A stretch of 64,000 nucleotides of DNA from the NCBI GenBank assembly GCA_016700095.1, contig CP065002.1, positions 432,463 to 496,462 of the forward strand, given 5' to 3'. The position numbers and the translations under genes are program-made. Origin of the DNA: Candidatus Woesebacteria bacterium. GTDB taxonomy: Bacteria; Patescibacteriota; Microgenomatia; UBA8517. The notes under the pieces were generated by a model. The model was not told where the DNA came from and searched no databases. It saw only the letters and a program-made list of their open reading frames with translations. Shown piece after piece: positions 18,439 to 28,453 of the stretch; within the stretch, counting starts at the first letter, position 1; each line of letters starts with the position of its first letter.

Positions 18439-19964
18439 CTTTCGAAATCCGCTAGATTTATGTTAACTGGAAAGTTTTGTCCTTGTGCACCCAGTTTTGC
18501 ATTATGAGCTCTTTGTTCTTTGTAATGCCAATGGAGTAGATGGCAGCTTGTAAACCCGTAAACCCTTTTTTGATCACCTTCACCAACTACAAGCAAAAAA
18601 GCTCTTGGTGATACAGTCTGAGTTTCAGGTGATGTACTTAAACCAATATTTCCTTCTAGATAAGTAGTGTCTAGCTCAATAACACCGTTACTGACATTTA
18701 GCGGTATCGGGTCGACGTCAAAATTCCATTTGAAATTATCATATCCCGTTTTTTCATCTAAAGTAGCCGGGTAGAGTCTGGCAGTTGATGCACCCGGTGA
18801 TCCGGTAAAAGTATATTTATCAGACAGCTCTCCTTTTATAAATGGATCATCCCAAAAACTCATCTGTGATTCGAGAGGGCTTGCCATATTTTCGTCCCCA
18901 AATACAGATCTATGTACGACAAGTTCCTCTTGCGGAGATAAAGGGCTTTCACCACTAAAATAATATTTCCAGTCACTCAAGTGGTGGGATAACAAGTGTT
19001 TCTGCGATTGCGACAACTTCCAGAGCATAATATTGCCTGAGCCAATGTTTTCGGTTCGGGGCATTGTAGGATAGGATGTCCAGTTTTCGAGTCTTAGGTA
19101 ATAATTTAACAAATGATAATTATTGTAAAGTGTATGATGTGTTTGTTCGTGGATTAATCCCGTGTCGACGACTTTTCCTGAATCAGGATCTTTTGCTAAA
19201 AATCCTCCGGAAGTCGGATTATATGTTTTGGGGATTAAGTATCTTGCATACACATCTTTCGAATTGTGAATTGAAGTTACTGATCCATAAGGAGCACCGG
19301 GATAATTTTGTAACCACTGCTCATCAACGACGATGACTTTAATTGGATGATTACTGTTATCCATTCTTATACCATTTATTCCGTTTTCGGGTCTTGTTCC
19401 GGCAAGGAGTTTATTTGGTAAAGCTCTAAAATGATATTCAAGAAACGGTAATAGTTGTTCTCCATCTGCATTTAATCCATCCTGCCACATTTTAAAAGCC
19501 TCATGACCAACAAATATTTCCGGAGTCCTAACACTATTTTCAGGTAAATCTGTTTCCTTGCGACTATTAATGTAGATTTCTAGTTCGTGTGGTTTGAGAG
19601 GCGTTTTCCAACCAAGCGTGTGAACAAAAGTGTCCACCCCCTCACGGCTGACGAAATGTGTTTCCTGGAGATTATTAAATTCTTTCGATTCGGTTGTGTA
19701 TCTAGTGTCAGGAGTAGCCGTCGGTAAGATCAAGCCTTTATCGGCATTTGCAACAGGGGCTGGAGTTGGAAATACGGTTTCGTCACCACACGCCGCTAAA
19801 ACAACTGCTGCACCAACAGAAGGTAAAAATTGCAAGAACCTCCTTCTTCCTGGGTAAGGTACCCCTTGTTGTATAAGTTTCTTTCTTTCGCCTTCGGGGA
19901 CATTAAGAATGTTTTCTTCAGTAATATCTGCCATGTCTATATTTTGATTTAATATCTTAACCAA
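18435..19964 (-). CDS. Tat-signal lipoprotein, putative secreted zinc metallopeptidase-like (HExxH: 'LIHEQTHH')
   Basis: Twin-arginine motif 'PGRRRFLQF' plus lipobox 'LAAC'. One HEQTH motif. The track start is TTG and the first ATG (MADITEEN…) is at 19934. Confidence 0.5.
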   Translation of the reverse strand: MVKILNQNIDMADITEENILNVPEGERKKLIQQGVPYPGRRRFLQFLPSVGAAVVLAACGDETVFPTPAPVANADKGLILPTATPDTRYTTESKEFNNLQETHFVSREGVDTFVHTLGWKTPLKPHELEIYINSRKETDLPENSVRTPEIFVGHEAFKMWQDGLNADGEQLLPFLEYHFRALPNKLLAGTRPENGINGIRMDNSNHPIKVIVVDEQWLQNYPGAPYGSVTSIHNSKDVYARYLIPKTYNPTSGGFLAKDPDSGKVVDTGLIHEQTHHTLYNNYHLLNYYLRLENWTSYPTMPRTENIGSGNIMLWKLSQSQKHLLSHHLSDWKYYFSGESPLSPQEELVVHRSVFGDENMASPLESQMSFWDDPFIKGELSDKYTFTGSPGASTARLYPATLDEKTGYDNFKWNFDVDPIPLNVSNGVIELDTTYLEGNIGLSTSPETQTVSPRAFLLVVGEGDQKRVYGFTSCHLLHWHYKEQRAHNAKLGAQGQNFPVNINLADFES

Positions 19965-20058
19965 GGCAAGTGGTTAGTGTGATGAGTTACGGAAATTTAA
20001 ATGTTCCAAATAATTCTGCCTGAAAACTTGATGAAAGTAAGTTGTTTACTCATTAACA
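19850..20058. repeat. Copy 1 of a ~200-bp duplicated promoter + 5'-CDS module (partner at 20943-21140)
   Basis: Near-identical DNA: 'cttgttgtataagtttctttctttcgccttcggggacattaagaatgttttcttcagtaatatctg(c/t)catgtctatattttgatttaatatcttaaccaaggcaagtggttagtgt' and, farther upstream, 'gaaaacttgatgaaagta'. Confidence 0.85.
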
Positions 20059-21057
20059 TTATGCACCATGTGCAATTCTAATATTGTCGGCTAAATTTTC
20101 CAAAGCCTTTTGTTTCATTCCATCAATGTCCCTTAGTGGTTTAATATAGCCCTCATTTACTCCTGTACTTGCTATCATTGCCACAGCTTTTCCTGAGTCG
20201 TTAACTACTAGTGCACCACTAAAACCCGTTGTGAACGGAATGCTCGTTTTTATTACTTCACCTTCTTGCCTGGCTGTAAATGTCTTGGGTGAAACACCAT
20301 TGCTTTTTCTCGCGGCTTCTGTATATCCTATTGTGTGTAGATTTTCACTGGGATTTGGCACCCAATTAGTTGCAATGTCGCTAGTTGGGAACGGAGCGAA
20401 AGAAATAGCGTTAACGTCTTCCATTTTTATGGCAATAACAGCTTGATCAGATGGTTGATAAGCTTCCGTTGAAGAATCGTATTTTTTATCGACCGGGTAA
20501 GTGCTACTAAAGCCTATAAATAACGGTGTTACGGGTAAGTTTAATCCGGTGTGGATTTGATTCAAGTTAGTCTGTGCTTGGTGGGGTGGAAGGTCCGTTA
20601 TATTGTTAGCGGCGTGTCCTGCGGTCAGGATGTATGCAATGTTGTTTTCACTATCAACTTCCAGCAAAGTTGCGGTAGAAAATATTGGACTTTTTCCCTC
20701 ACCCATATGCATTTCCAGTCGAAAAGTAGATCGTTTCAAATTGACAGGTATTTGATCCAACTGTTCTTCAAATTCTTGCGGCGTCATTGCTTCCGAAGTT
20801 GCCGATATTGACGCTTGAGTTGTTGGAACAACGTCTTCGGCTGTTATTACAAGTCCCGGTGATGGTGTAATTTTTCTACCACACGCCGTTAAAGCAGTTG
20901 CTGTACCAACAGAAAATAAGATTTTCAGTATCTCCCTTCTTCCTGGTTTAGATACCCCTTGTTGTATAAGTTTCTTTCTTTCGCCTTCGGGGACATTAAG
21001 AATGTTTTCTTCAGTAATATCTGTCATGTCTATATTTTGATTTAATATCTTAACCAA
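20059..21057 (-). CDS. Tat-signal lipoprotein, trypsin-like (S1/chymotrypsin-fold) serine peptidase
   Basis: 'GRREILKIL' plus lipobox 'LTAC'. His motif 'YILTAGHAANN'. Ser motif 'GFSGALVVNDSG'. The N-terminal 35 aa are identical to the preceding gene. The likely ATG is at 21027. Confidence 0.55.
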   Translation of the reverse strand: MVKILNQNIDMTDITEENILNVPEGERKKLIQQGVSKPGRREILKILFSVGTATALTACGRKITPSPGLVITAEDVVPTTQASISATSEAMTPQEFEEQLDQIPVNLKRSTFRLEMHMGEGKSPIFSTATLLEVDSENNIAYILTAGHAANNITDLPPHQAQTNLNQIHTGLNLPVTPLFIGFSSTYPVDKKYDSSTEAYQPSDQAVIAIKMEDVNAISFAPFPTSDIATNWVPNPSENLHTIGYTEAARKSNGVSPKTFTARQEGEVIKTSIPFTTGFSGALVVNDSGKAVAMIASTGVNEGYIKPLRDIDGMKQKALENLADNIRIAHGA

Positions 21058-21140
21058 GGCAAGTGGTTAGTGTTATAAAGATGTCGCACATATCAAATAA
21101 TTACATATGAAAACTTGATGAAAGTAGTTGTGAGTGTATT
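20943..21140. repeat. Copy 2 of the duplicated promoter + 5'-CDS module
   Basis: See copy 1. Confidence 0.85.
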
Positions 21141-21170
21141 TAAGATGTAGAATTTCCGGTCACACACTTT

Positions 21171-22130
21171 TCACTTTGACTCATTTGCCAGTAAATTGTC
21201 ATACGCTTTTTGTTTCAAGTCCGGTATGTTGGTTAGATATCGAAAGGTCGTTTCGTTGGTATCAGATCTTGTGATAATACCTACACCGTTTCCTTGATCA
21301 TTTACGACAAGTGATCCGCTGCAACCACCCGAAACTGTAGATCCGAAAAAAGCTTTATTTTCTCCGGTTCTCGAAACATGTAAATTTATCGGGAAAATGC
21401 TATCTTGATGAAAAGCTGCAGAAGTGAAAGTGAGAGCATGTAGTTTTTCGCCTACGTTTGAGATTTGACCTGATATTAATTTTTCCATACCAAAAGGAGG
21501 GATATTTAATTCACCTTCGTATCTAATGGCAATAACTGCCTGATCGGGATTATTCATATCAATTGGTTCCTTCTCAAGACCAAGCGGTAGAGTAGATGCA
21601 TAGCCGTGTGAAACTTCTTCCACTTTTTCCCCGCAGTGGTTTTGAGTCAATTGTATTGTCGAATTTTCCTTAGATAACGAGTTTGCAATGTGCCCGTTTG
21701 TAAGTACATATACAATTTTATTTTGAGTATCAACTTCTATAACTGTTCCTGAGCCTTTCATTTCAGTTACCTTGTTTGATTCCGTGTCGAGATAGGGTGT
21801 AGTTATTTCTACACGAACGGCAGAGTTTACTAAGTTGGGTGGAATTTCCCGCATTTCTGCTTGATATATTTCCGGAGTGCGAGCTTCAGAGGTAGCGTTA
21901 ATAGCTGCGGTACGTGTGGTTTGTAACGCCTGGGAAGTTGCCTGTACTTGACCTGTGTTATCAGGCTCTGCGCAAGCGATAAGTAAAGATGGTGGTAGCG
22001 AAACGACGATCGCACATTTCGTTAGTACACCAAGCAATTTTCTTCTACCGGGGTTTATTACACCCCAACCTGCCAATGCCAGTGCTTTTTCATAGGGGAT
22101 ATATAAAATATCGGATTCGTTGTCAACCAT
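21171..22130 (-). CDS. Tat-signal lipoprotein, trypsin-like serine peptidase paralog
   Basis: 'GRRKLLGVL…LIAC'. His motif 'YVLTNGHIANS'. Ser motif 'GGCSGSLVVNDQG'. Confidence 0.55.
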   Translation of the reverse strand: MVDNESDILYIPYEKALALAGWGVINPGRRKLLGVLTKCAIVVSLPPSLLIACAEPDNTGQVQATSQALQTTRTAAINATSEARTPEIYQAEMREIPPNLVNSAVRVEITTPYLDTESNKVTEMKGSGTVIEVDTQNKIVYVLTNGHIANSLSKENSTIQLTQNHCGEKVEEVSHGYASTLPLGLEKEPIDMNNPDQAVIAIRYEGELNIPPFGMEKLISGQISNVGEKLHALTFTSAAFHQDSIFPINLHVSRTGENKAFFGSTVSGGCSGSLVVNDQGNGVGIITRSDTNETTFRYLTNIPDLKQKAYDNLLANESK

Positions 22131-22215
22131 GGTTATATTTTACTCTGCGCACGGCAACAAAGTTAGTATAATTTAAAAATACACAGTGCGTTATAATACA
22201 AAGGTTATATTCTTT

Positions 22216-23988
22216 ATGAAAAATATTTATAAAATAGTAAAGCTTTCTAAACCACAGCATAGTTGGATAATTTTTGTCTCACTTATTATTACCGTTCAGG
22301 CAATTTTGCAACAGGCGACACCCGTGACGCTCCGTTTTGTTGTCGACGAGTTATCAAACCAAATTAATGATACAAGTGGTGATTACCAAAAACTGGTTTC
22401 TTTGTTTCTTTTAATCTTAGTTATAAATATCACAGGCGTAATATTAAGCACGCTAAATCAAAGAATTGGGGATCACATCTCGTCACGTTTGGGAAAATAT
22501 TTGACCGAGGTGTATTACCGTAAAGTATTTACACTTCCTCAGAAATACTTTGACTCGGAAATTTCCGGCCAAATGGTCAATCAGCTTAATCGCGGAATTA
22601 ACTCGATCAGGGAGTTTGTTGGGGCAGCTACGAATTTTATTATGCCATCTTTGTTGCAAGCGATTTTCGGTATCGGCATATTACTTTACTATGATAAAAC
22701 AATCGGTCTTTTGGCGCTAAGCGTTTTTCCCGTTTATATTGCCATTTCTTCATATTCGACTACAAGATGGGGGAAACTTCAGGAAGAAAAAAATGTTCAC
22801 GAGGATCAAACCAGGGGGAGAATTCAGGAAGTAATAAGTAATATTAAACTCGTAAAAACTTACAACACGCAAATGAGTGAATGGAAATATGTCTCAGATA
22901 AATACAAAACTATAAATAAAATATATGACAAACAATCTACTCAATACCATATATTAAACTTCATCCGGGAATTCGGCTTGGAGATTTCTTTTGTGGCAAT
23001 TTTGTTTCTAGTTTTTCGAAAAACATTTTACGGAGAATTAAGTTTAGGAGAGATGGTTTTAATAATTCAACTTATGGGCCAACTAAGGTGGCCTTTGTAT
23101 GGTATGAGTTATATATTGGAGCGAATTCAACGCGCTGAAGCGGACTCGAAAGCGTTTTTTGAAGTACTTGCATTACAAGGAAGCGAAAAATTTATCGTAG
23201 GTAATATACAACGTGTCTTGAGAGATCCGGAAATTGAATTTACTAACGTCAGCTTTTCTTATGACGAGCAAGGAAAAGATGTTTTACATGATCTAAATTT
23301 AAAATTAGAAAAACGCCAGAAAGTGGCATTGGTTGGTCATTCCGGATCGGGAAAAACGACGCTTATTAATTTAATACTTAAGCTTTACGATCCGACTCAA
23401 GGATCGATAAAGATGTCGAGAAAAGATTATAGAAAAATTAATCACACAGTTATTCGAAACAATATCGCTCTTGTGTTTCAGGAAAACGAATTATTTTCAT
23501 CCACCATTCGCGAAAATGTAGCATATGGAATTAAAAATGCTACCGATAAACAGGTCATAAAAGCTTTGATTCAAGCAAACGCGTATAGTTTTGTAAAAAA
23601 ATATAAAGAAGGACTTGATGCAAAAATTGGTGAACGGGGAGTGAAATTATCAGGTGGGCAAAAGCAAAGAATTCAAATTGCCAGGGCAATACTACACGAC
23701 AAACCGATTTTAATTTTAGATGAAGCAACAAGTAGCCTAGATAGTAAATCGGAAAAATACGTGCAGGACGCACTGGAAAAATTAATGAAAAACAGGCTTG
23801 TAATCATTATTGCTCACCGTTTTTCGACAATTCAAAACGTCGATAGAGTTGTTGTTCTAAACAAAGGAAGAATTGTGGATAGCGGAAAACCTAAAGAACT
23901 GGCAGGAAGAAAGGGAATCTATTCGGAACTATTAAGGTATCAAATGGAAGGCAACAAGAAACTTCTAAGCGAATATGAATTGACGTGA
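22216..23988 (+). CDS. ABC transporter, fused permease/ATP-binding exporter (MsbA/ABCB-type)
   Basis: Six-TM N-domain. Walker A 'GHSGSGKTT', signature 'LSGGQKQRIQIARAIL', Walker B 'ILILDEATSSLD'. The track start at 22186 is GTG and the first ATG is at 22216. Confidence 0.85.
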   Translation: MKNIYKIVKLSKPQHSWIIFVSLIITVQAILQQATPVTLRFVVDELSNQINDTSGDYQKLVSLFLLILVINITGVILSTLNQRIGDHISSRLGKYLTEVYYRKVFTLPQKYFDSEISGQMVNQLNRGINSIREFVGAATNFIMPSLLQAIFGIGILLYYDKTIGLLALSVFPVYIAISSYSTTRWGKLQEEKNVHEDQTRGRIQEVISNIKLVKTYNTQMSEWKYVSDKYKTINKIYDKQSTQYHILNFIREFGLEISFVAILFLVFRKTFYGELSLGEMVLIIQLMGQLRWPLYGMSYILERIQRAEADSKAFFEVLALQGSEKFIVGNIQRVLRDPEIEFTNVSFSYDEQGKDVLHDLNLKLEKRQKVALVGHSGSGKTTLINLILKLYDPTQGSIKMSRKDYRKINHTVIRNNIALVFQENELFSSTIRENVAYGIKNATDKQVIKALIQANAYSFVKKYKEGLDAKIGERGVKLSGGQKQRIQIARAILHDKPILILDEATSSLDSKSEKYVQDALEKLMKNRLVIIIAHRFSTIQNVDRVVVLNKGRIVDSGKPKELAGRKGIYSELLRYQMEGNKKLLSEYELT

Positions 23989-24185
23989 TAACTTTCTTGA
24001 TTACGTTTTTTTAGTAATTCCACACGATTTAACGTGTTAATTAAGATTTGTCTTACCGCTGAAGGCGGAAAACACTGTAGCGCGTAAAGTATCAGCGTGT
24101 AAAATAAATTTCGGCGAGTAACAGGTAGGTGTATCATACCTTAGATTGTCACGTATTGTTTGCAAAGTAATGGTATAGTGTGAAT

Positions 24186-25085
24186 ATGAACCCGGAACGC
24201 AGCGGGTTAGTTAAGGTAAGAAATATTTCACTTACACTACTTTTCGGATTAACTTCTCTTGCGGGAGATACGGCTAATAATACTGTTTATTCTAATGAAG
24301 TCGGTACGCGTGCCACGTTAAGTGACGGAATAAATTATAAACAGGAAATAGTAGACAGCCCAAGCACTCTTCGTATCCATACGATTGAAATACCCGACAT
24401 TTCCAGAGTGGGGTTTTTGGTTACGCCCCCTCAAACAATTAACGGTTGGGAAACGTCGGCGCAAACACTGGTTGACCAGATAGGGGGAGTAGTTGATAGA
24501 TTTAAGGTGGTAGTAGCGGTTAATGCTAATTTTTTTGAACCGTTTGAATCCGGCATCTATCCTAACTACGGCGATGGTATTAATATTTTAGGACAGGCAG
24601 TATCACAAGGAATTGAATTCTCGCCTCCCCAGGAAAAATACCCTGTATTGTGTATCGGCGATATTTTGTCGGTAGACGAAAGTGCTTGTCCAACGGAAAC
24701 TGAAAATGTGATTGCGGGTAACGTGCTTCTAATTAACGAGGGTGAAATTGCCGATTTTTATGATGATAACGAAAAACATCCCCGAACCGCGATGGGAATT
24801 AGTGAAGACGGAAAAAGCTTGTGGATCGTCGTTGTTGACGGACGCCAGAAGAAAAGTGAAGGAGTAACACTTACAAAATTGTCAGAGATACTTCTTAGAT
24901 ATAACGTCTATCAAGCGATTAACTTTGATGGCGGAGGATCTTGCACGCTCATTTTTGTTGATGAAAATGGCAACATCAAGTTACTAAATATTCCGGTGAA
25001 TAAACCGTCGGCGTATTCACCAGGTCGTATGGGATTGACTAGAAACATAGGCGATAGTTTGATGATAGGAAATAGTAAGGAGTAA
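24186..25085 (+). CDS. Secreted phosphodiester-glycosidase-family (NAGPA/DUF2233-like) protein
   Basis: Signal-peptide-like N-terminus and C-terminal 'NFDGGGSCTLIF' (family motif NxDGGGS(S/T)). Confidence 0.5.
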   Translation: MNPERSGLVKVRNISLTLLFGLTSLAGDTANNTVYSNEVGTRATLSDGINYKQEIVDSPSTLRIHTIEIPDISRVGFLVTPPQTINGWETSAQTLVDQIGGVVDRFKVVVAVNANFFEPFESGIYPNYGDGINILGQAVSQGIEFSPPQEKYPVLCIGDILSVDESACPTETENVIAGNVLLINEGEIADFYDDNEKHPRTAMGISEDGKSLWIVVVDGRQKKSEGVTLTKLSEILLRYNVYQAINFDGGGSCTLIFVDENGNIKLLNIPVNKPSAYSPGRMGLTRNIGDSLMIGNSKE

Positions 25086-25161
25086 TTTAGATAGGGGAGG
25101 CTTGCACTTTGGTACACATTGACCATGAAATGACGCTTGGGTAACATGCTAAAATAAATTC

Positions 25162-25833
25162 ATGGAAAATATTACATACTACAAAAATAAACTGATAATG
25201 CCCCTTTTCATTATTATCAGCTTTGTGTTGTCTATCATTCTTCAAATGATTACCGTCATTTCACTCTTGCGATATATATGGTTATCACTTACTGTTATTC
25301 TCGTTTCGGCCGGTGTGTTTTTCATCACTCAAAAATTATCCAAAAGAAAAACGCACATTACACGTTTCGGGCAAGATGACTTTGTTCAATTCTCCTTTGT
25401 ATTTTTAGTAGTTTACTTGGGACTTTTTTTCTTTGATCAGGTATTCAAATTTAGCGGTGGTTACTTTGATATCGGTACGGAATTAATTAATTTTAGTTTA
25501 GGATTGCTCTCGGGAGTTTTTTACATATTGATACTTTATCTTGCAATGAACCATGCTCTTTTTGGATTAGTTAAAAAAATTTCCGGTGTGAAAAATATGG
25601 GAGATAAAAAAGATGACAAAATTAGTTTATTAATCGCTATTTCAAGCGTAATACCATTTTTATTTATTCTTTTTGTAATTTCCAAAGGTTTTAGTTATTG
25701 GACTGGTGTTTTGCATATAGAAGGGAACACACTTTCTGTTTTGATGACAGGATGTGTTATCGGTCCACCATTTTATTTATATATTGATATTGTCAGAAAT
25801 GACTGGAGAAGTTATAAAAAAAGATCACTCTGA
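25162..25833 (+). CDS. Hypothetical integral membrane protein (~6 TM)
   Basis: Hydrophobicity pattern and ATG start. Confidence 0.45.
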   Translation: MENITYYKNKLIMPLFIIISFVLSIILQMITVISLLRYIWLSLTVILVSAGVFFITQKLSKRKTHITRFGQDDFVQFSFVFLVVYLGLFFFDQVFKFSGGYFDIGTELINFSLGLLSGVFYILILYLAMNHALFGLVKKISGVKNMGDKKDDKISLLIAISSVIPFLFILFVISKGFSYWTGVLHIEGNTLSVLMTGCVIGPPFYLYIDIVRNDWRSYKKRSL

Positions 25834-26154
25834 TTGTTTTCCGGGTGAAAACTTCCATACACAATCAGAAATGCCATCTTCCGTGCCGAAGGTGTCGGTT
25901 GCCTTTTTGTAGATATCTACACTTTCGCACTCAGTTCTCGTTTTTTCGTAAAAGCATGCTTTCTCAAAAACTTCACTGTCATTAAGCCCTGAATTTTTGA
26001 CCACGGTAAATTTCGCACCACAACTCCACAGAGGTGCGGGTTTGGCAATATAGAGTACTAAAATTATACCGCCAAAAAAAAGAAGTACGAAGAAGAATAT
26101 TTTATTTACGTCGGCTATCACTTCCTTAGTATAACAAATTATTTTATCGAACAA
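25825..26154 (-). CDS. Hypothetical small membrane-anchored protein
   Basis: One TM (FFFVLLFFGGIILVLYI) followed by a Cys-containing soluble tail. TTG start in the track. Confidence 0.3.
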   Translation of the reverse strand: MFDKIICYTKEVIADVNKIFFFVLLFFGGIILVLYIAKPAPLWSCGAKFTVVKNSGLNDSEVFEKACFYEKTRTECESVDIYKKATDTFGTEDGISDCVWKFSPGKQSE

Positions 26155-26238
26155 TACTTAGACTAAAGGTAAAAGTATCGACAATGTACTGGCTAACTGA
26201 CAATGCGAACTGTCTGCGGGGGTGTTGAGACAATTATC

Positions 26239-26526
26239 TTACTTAGTTAGACTAAACGTCTGAGTAAACTTACGACAGTAATCGTAGTCGGTAAAATTGC
26301 CGGACTGTTGGGTTAGTAATTGGGTACAGCGCTTATGTTCTTCCAAAACCAGATCATAAGTATTTTTGGATTTCTCATACATTACTCTTTTGTCTAACGT
26401 ATTTTTGTAGTAGAGATAGAAAACCCCCGCTAACGATAAAATTATCAAAATTAAAAGGATGATCACTCGCGTCTTTAAACCCATTTTCACCTTTTTTTCT
26501 TTTGGAGAATTTTGTTTTTCTTCCAT
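26239..26526 (-). CDS. Hypothetical small membrane-anchored protein
   Basis: One TM (VIILLILIILSLAGVFYLYY) and an ATG start. Confidence 0.35.
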   Translation of the reverse strand: MEEKQNSPKEKKVKMGLKTRVIILLILIILSLAGVFYLYYKNTLDKRVMYEKSKNTYDLVLEEHKRCTQLLTQQSGNFTDYDYCRKFTQTFSLTK

Positions 26527-26583
26527 AAACCAATAATACCAGATGACGACAAGAAGCTGAAGTAGACGATCAGCGCATTTGTC

Positions 26584-27546
26584 ATGAAAAAGATCAGAAA
26601 AATAATATACAATCCATTTATGAAAATTGCAGTTATCGACATCGGAACGCTGAAAGTTAAAATGCTCATGGGGAATGTAACTTCTTCAAATAAATTCGAA
26701 ACACTTTATCAGTCAAATACACTAACATGCTTGGGTGTCAGAATGACCGAAAATAATAACCGTCCCCAGGAAAAAAATCTTAACCAAACCTTGGAGGAAT
26801 TGAAAAGGTGCGAGAAGTTATTAAGACAGGCGAAGGTTGAGAAAGTTAGAGTCGTATCTACCCATGCATTAAGGGAAATGGGCGAGGTTGGTAATGAGAT
26901 AGCAAACAAGATACGTAAAGAAGTTGGTATGAAGATTGAAATAATAAGCCAAGACGAAGAAGCGCAATTATTTTTCAACGCTGTGATGAGAGATTTTAAA
27001 ACCGATAGTGATTTCACGGTGGTTGATGTTGGAGGTGGGAGTGTGCAGATTCTTATTGGCAATAAACATAAATTGAAACATAAATACCTCTTGAAAACCG
27101 GAGCACAATACTTATTTGACAATTTCACACCGCGCCATACCGGTAGTGATTTTCCGACACGAGAAGAAATCAGAAATATGCAAGATTATGTGATTCGTGA
27201 ACTCGCACCCGTTCCCAAAGCAATTGAAACACCCGTCATATACGGTTCTTCCTGCATCATTGATGTTTTCAAACAAATCGGTCTTAACATGCAAAAATAT
27301 TATTTGTCGAAGTCTCATCCATTCAGGGCAGACGTTAACGAACTTGAAAAATTTTCCGAGAAAATTACACCCATACCTTACGACGAGAGAGAAAAAAATT
27401 ATCAGCTGGATCAGAAATATTATTTATGGGGAATAGAGAAAGCGTTTATAAACATTTTGGAAATTTGCAAAAAGGAACGATCGCCGTTTATAATCCCCAG
27501 TAATTCAAACATAAACGACGGGCTTGTTATGAGTATGCGTGAATAA
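26584..27546 (+). CDS. Ppx/GppA-family phosphatase (exopolyphosphatase / pppGpp 5'-phosphohydrolase-like)
   Basis: The actin-like ATPase motifs of the family: 'IAVIDIGTLKVKMLMG' and 'VVDVGGGSVQILIGN'. Confidence 0.7.
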   Translation: MKKIRKIIYNPFMKIAVIDIGTLKVKMLMGNVTSSNKFETLYQSNTLTCLGVRMTENNNRPQEKNLNQTLEELKRCEKLLRQAKVEKVRVVSTHALREMGEVGNEIANKIRKEVGMKIEIISQDEEAQLFFNAVMRDFKTDSDFTVVDVGGGSVQILIGNKHKLKHKYLLKTGAQYLFDNFTPRHTGSDFPTREEIRNMQDYVIRELAPVPKAIETPVIYGSSCIIDVFKQIGLNMQKYYLSKSHPFRADVNELEKFSEKITPIPYDEREKNYQLDQKYYLWGIEKAFINILEICKKERSPFIIPSNSNINDGLVMSMRE

Positions 27547-27573
27547 TAGAAGCAGTACCCCTATTTAACTAAT

Positions 27574-28344
27574 ATGGGAAAAGAATATGGCATATTTGAT
27601 GGTGAAAGAATTGATCCTTCTATGCTTTCTTTGTCATATTTATTAAATCAACCTGAACCTAAGTATGGTCATAAACATACTCCATGGGGCATGTGGCATA
27701 CCCTGGAAATTCACCAAGAGCGATACAGATTTGTTAATTCGTTGGGGGATCTGGGACAAATTTTAGATGTGGCTTGTGGGACGGGGTACGGAGAACGGTT
27801 AATTAAATCTTCAAATTATGTCGTCGGAGTTGATCTTAGTTACGATGCCTTAGTATTTGGTCGGGGAATGGGTTCAGGTCGTCAATATGCGGTAAATGCA
27901 AACGCGACATCGCTACCGTTTGGTAATGATACTTTTGATACTGTTGTAAGTTTCGAAACGATGGAACACATACCGCTAGATCAGGTGCCACACTATCTGA
28001 GTGAAGTACAAAGAGTTCTTGGTAATTCTGGACGATTTGTAGTTTCTGTCCCCAACAGAGTGTTTAATAATCCCGGTACAAGCATAGATGGCTCTCCTGT
28101 CAACCCATATCATTTTTTTGAACCAACGATTGAAGACTTTCAGGATTTATTATCTCCACATTTTCAACACATTGATTATTATTATCAAACGGGCAAAATA
28201 TTTACGCCTCGAAATAGCGTTCTGGGGAAAATGGCTAAATTACCAAGAGTTTTACAGGGAAGATATGCACGAGTTAACCCCTTATCAGATTTAAACGAGG
28301 GCCTTGAAATTCCTTCGACTTTTATTGCAGTTTGTAGAAATTAA
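27574..28344 (+). CDS. Class I SAM-dependent methyltransferase
   Basis: Motif I 'ILDVACGTGYGERLI' and 'TFDTVVSFETMEHI'. Confidence 0.7.
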   Translation: MGKEYGIFDGERIDPSMLSLSYLLNQPEPKYGHKHTPWGMWHTLEIHQERYRFVNSLGDLGQILDVACGTGYGERLIKSSNYVVGVDLSYDALVFGRGMGSGRQYAVNANATSLPFGNDTFDTVVSFETMEHIPLDQVPHYLSEVQRVLGNSGRFVVSVPNRVFNNPGTSIDGSPVNPYHFFEPTIEDFQDLLSPHFQHIDYYYQTGKIFTPRNSVLGKMAKLPRVLQGRYARVNPLSDLNEGLEIPSTFIAVCRN

Positions 28345-28453
28345 TTTATACTGATTAAAACTACTTGTGATTGTATGACAAGTAAATAAAATATAAAAGG
28401 CGATAAAGGAAAGGTGAGTGAAGCCTAATTGGAGAGTTGTTAATTTTAAGCAC

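Noticed and set aside
24040-24075. Short hairpin (ccgctgaaggcgg + A-run) after the ABC transporter as a terminator
   Set aside because: It has only a 4-5 bp stem and no U-tract on the relevant strand, which is too weak to call.
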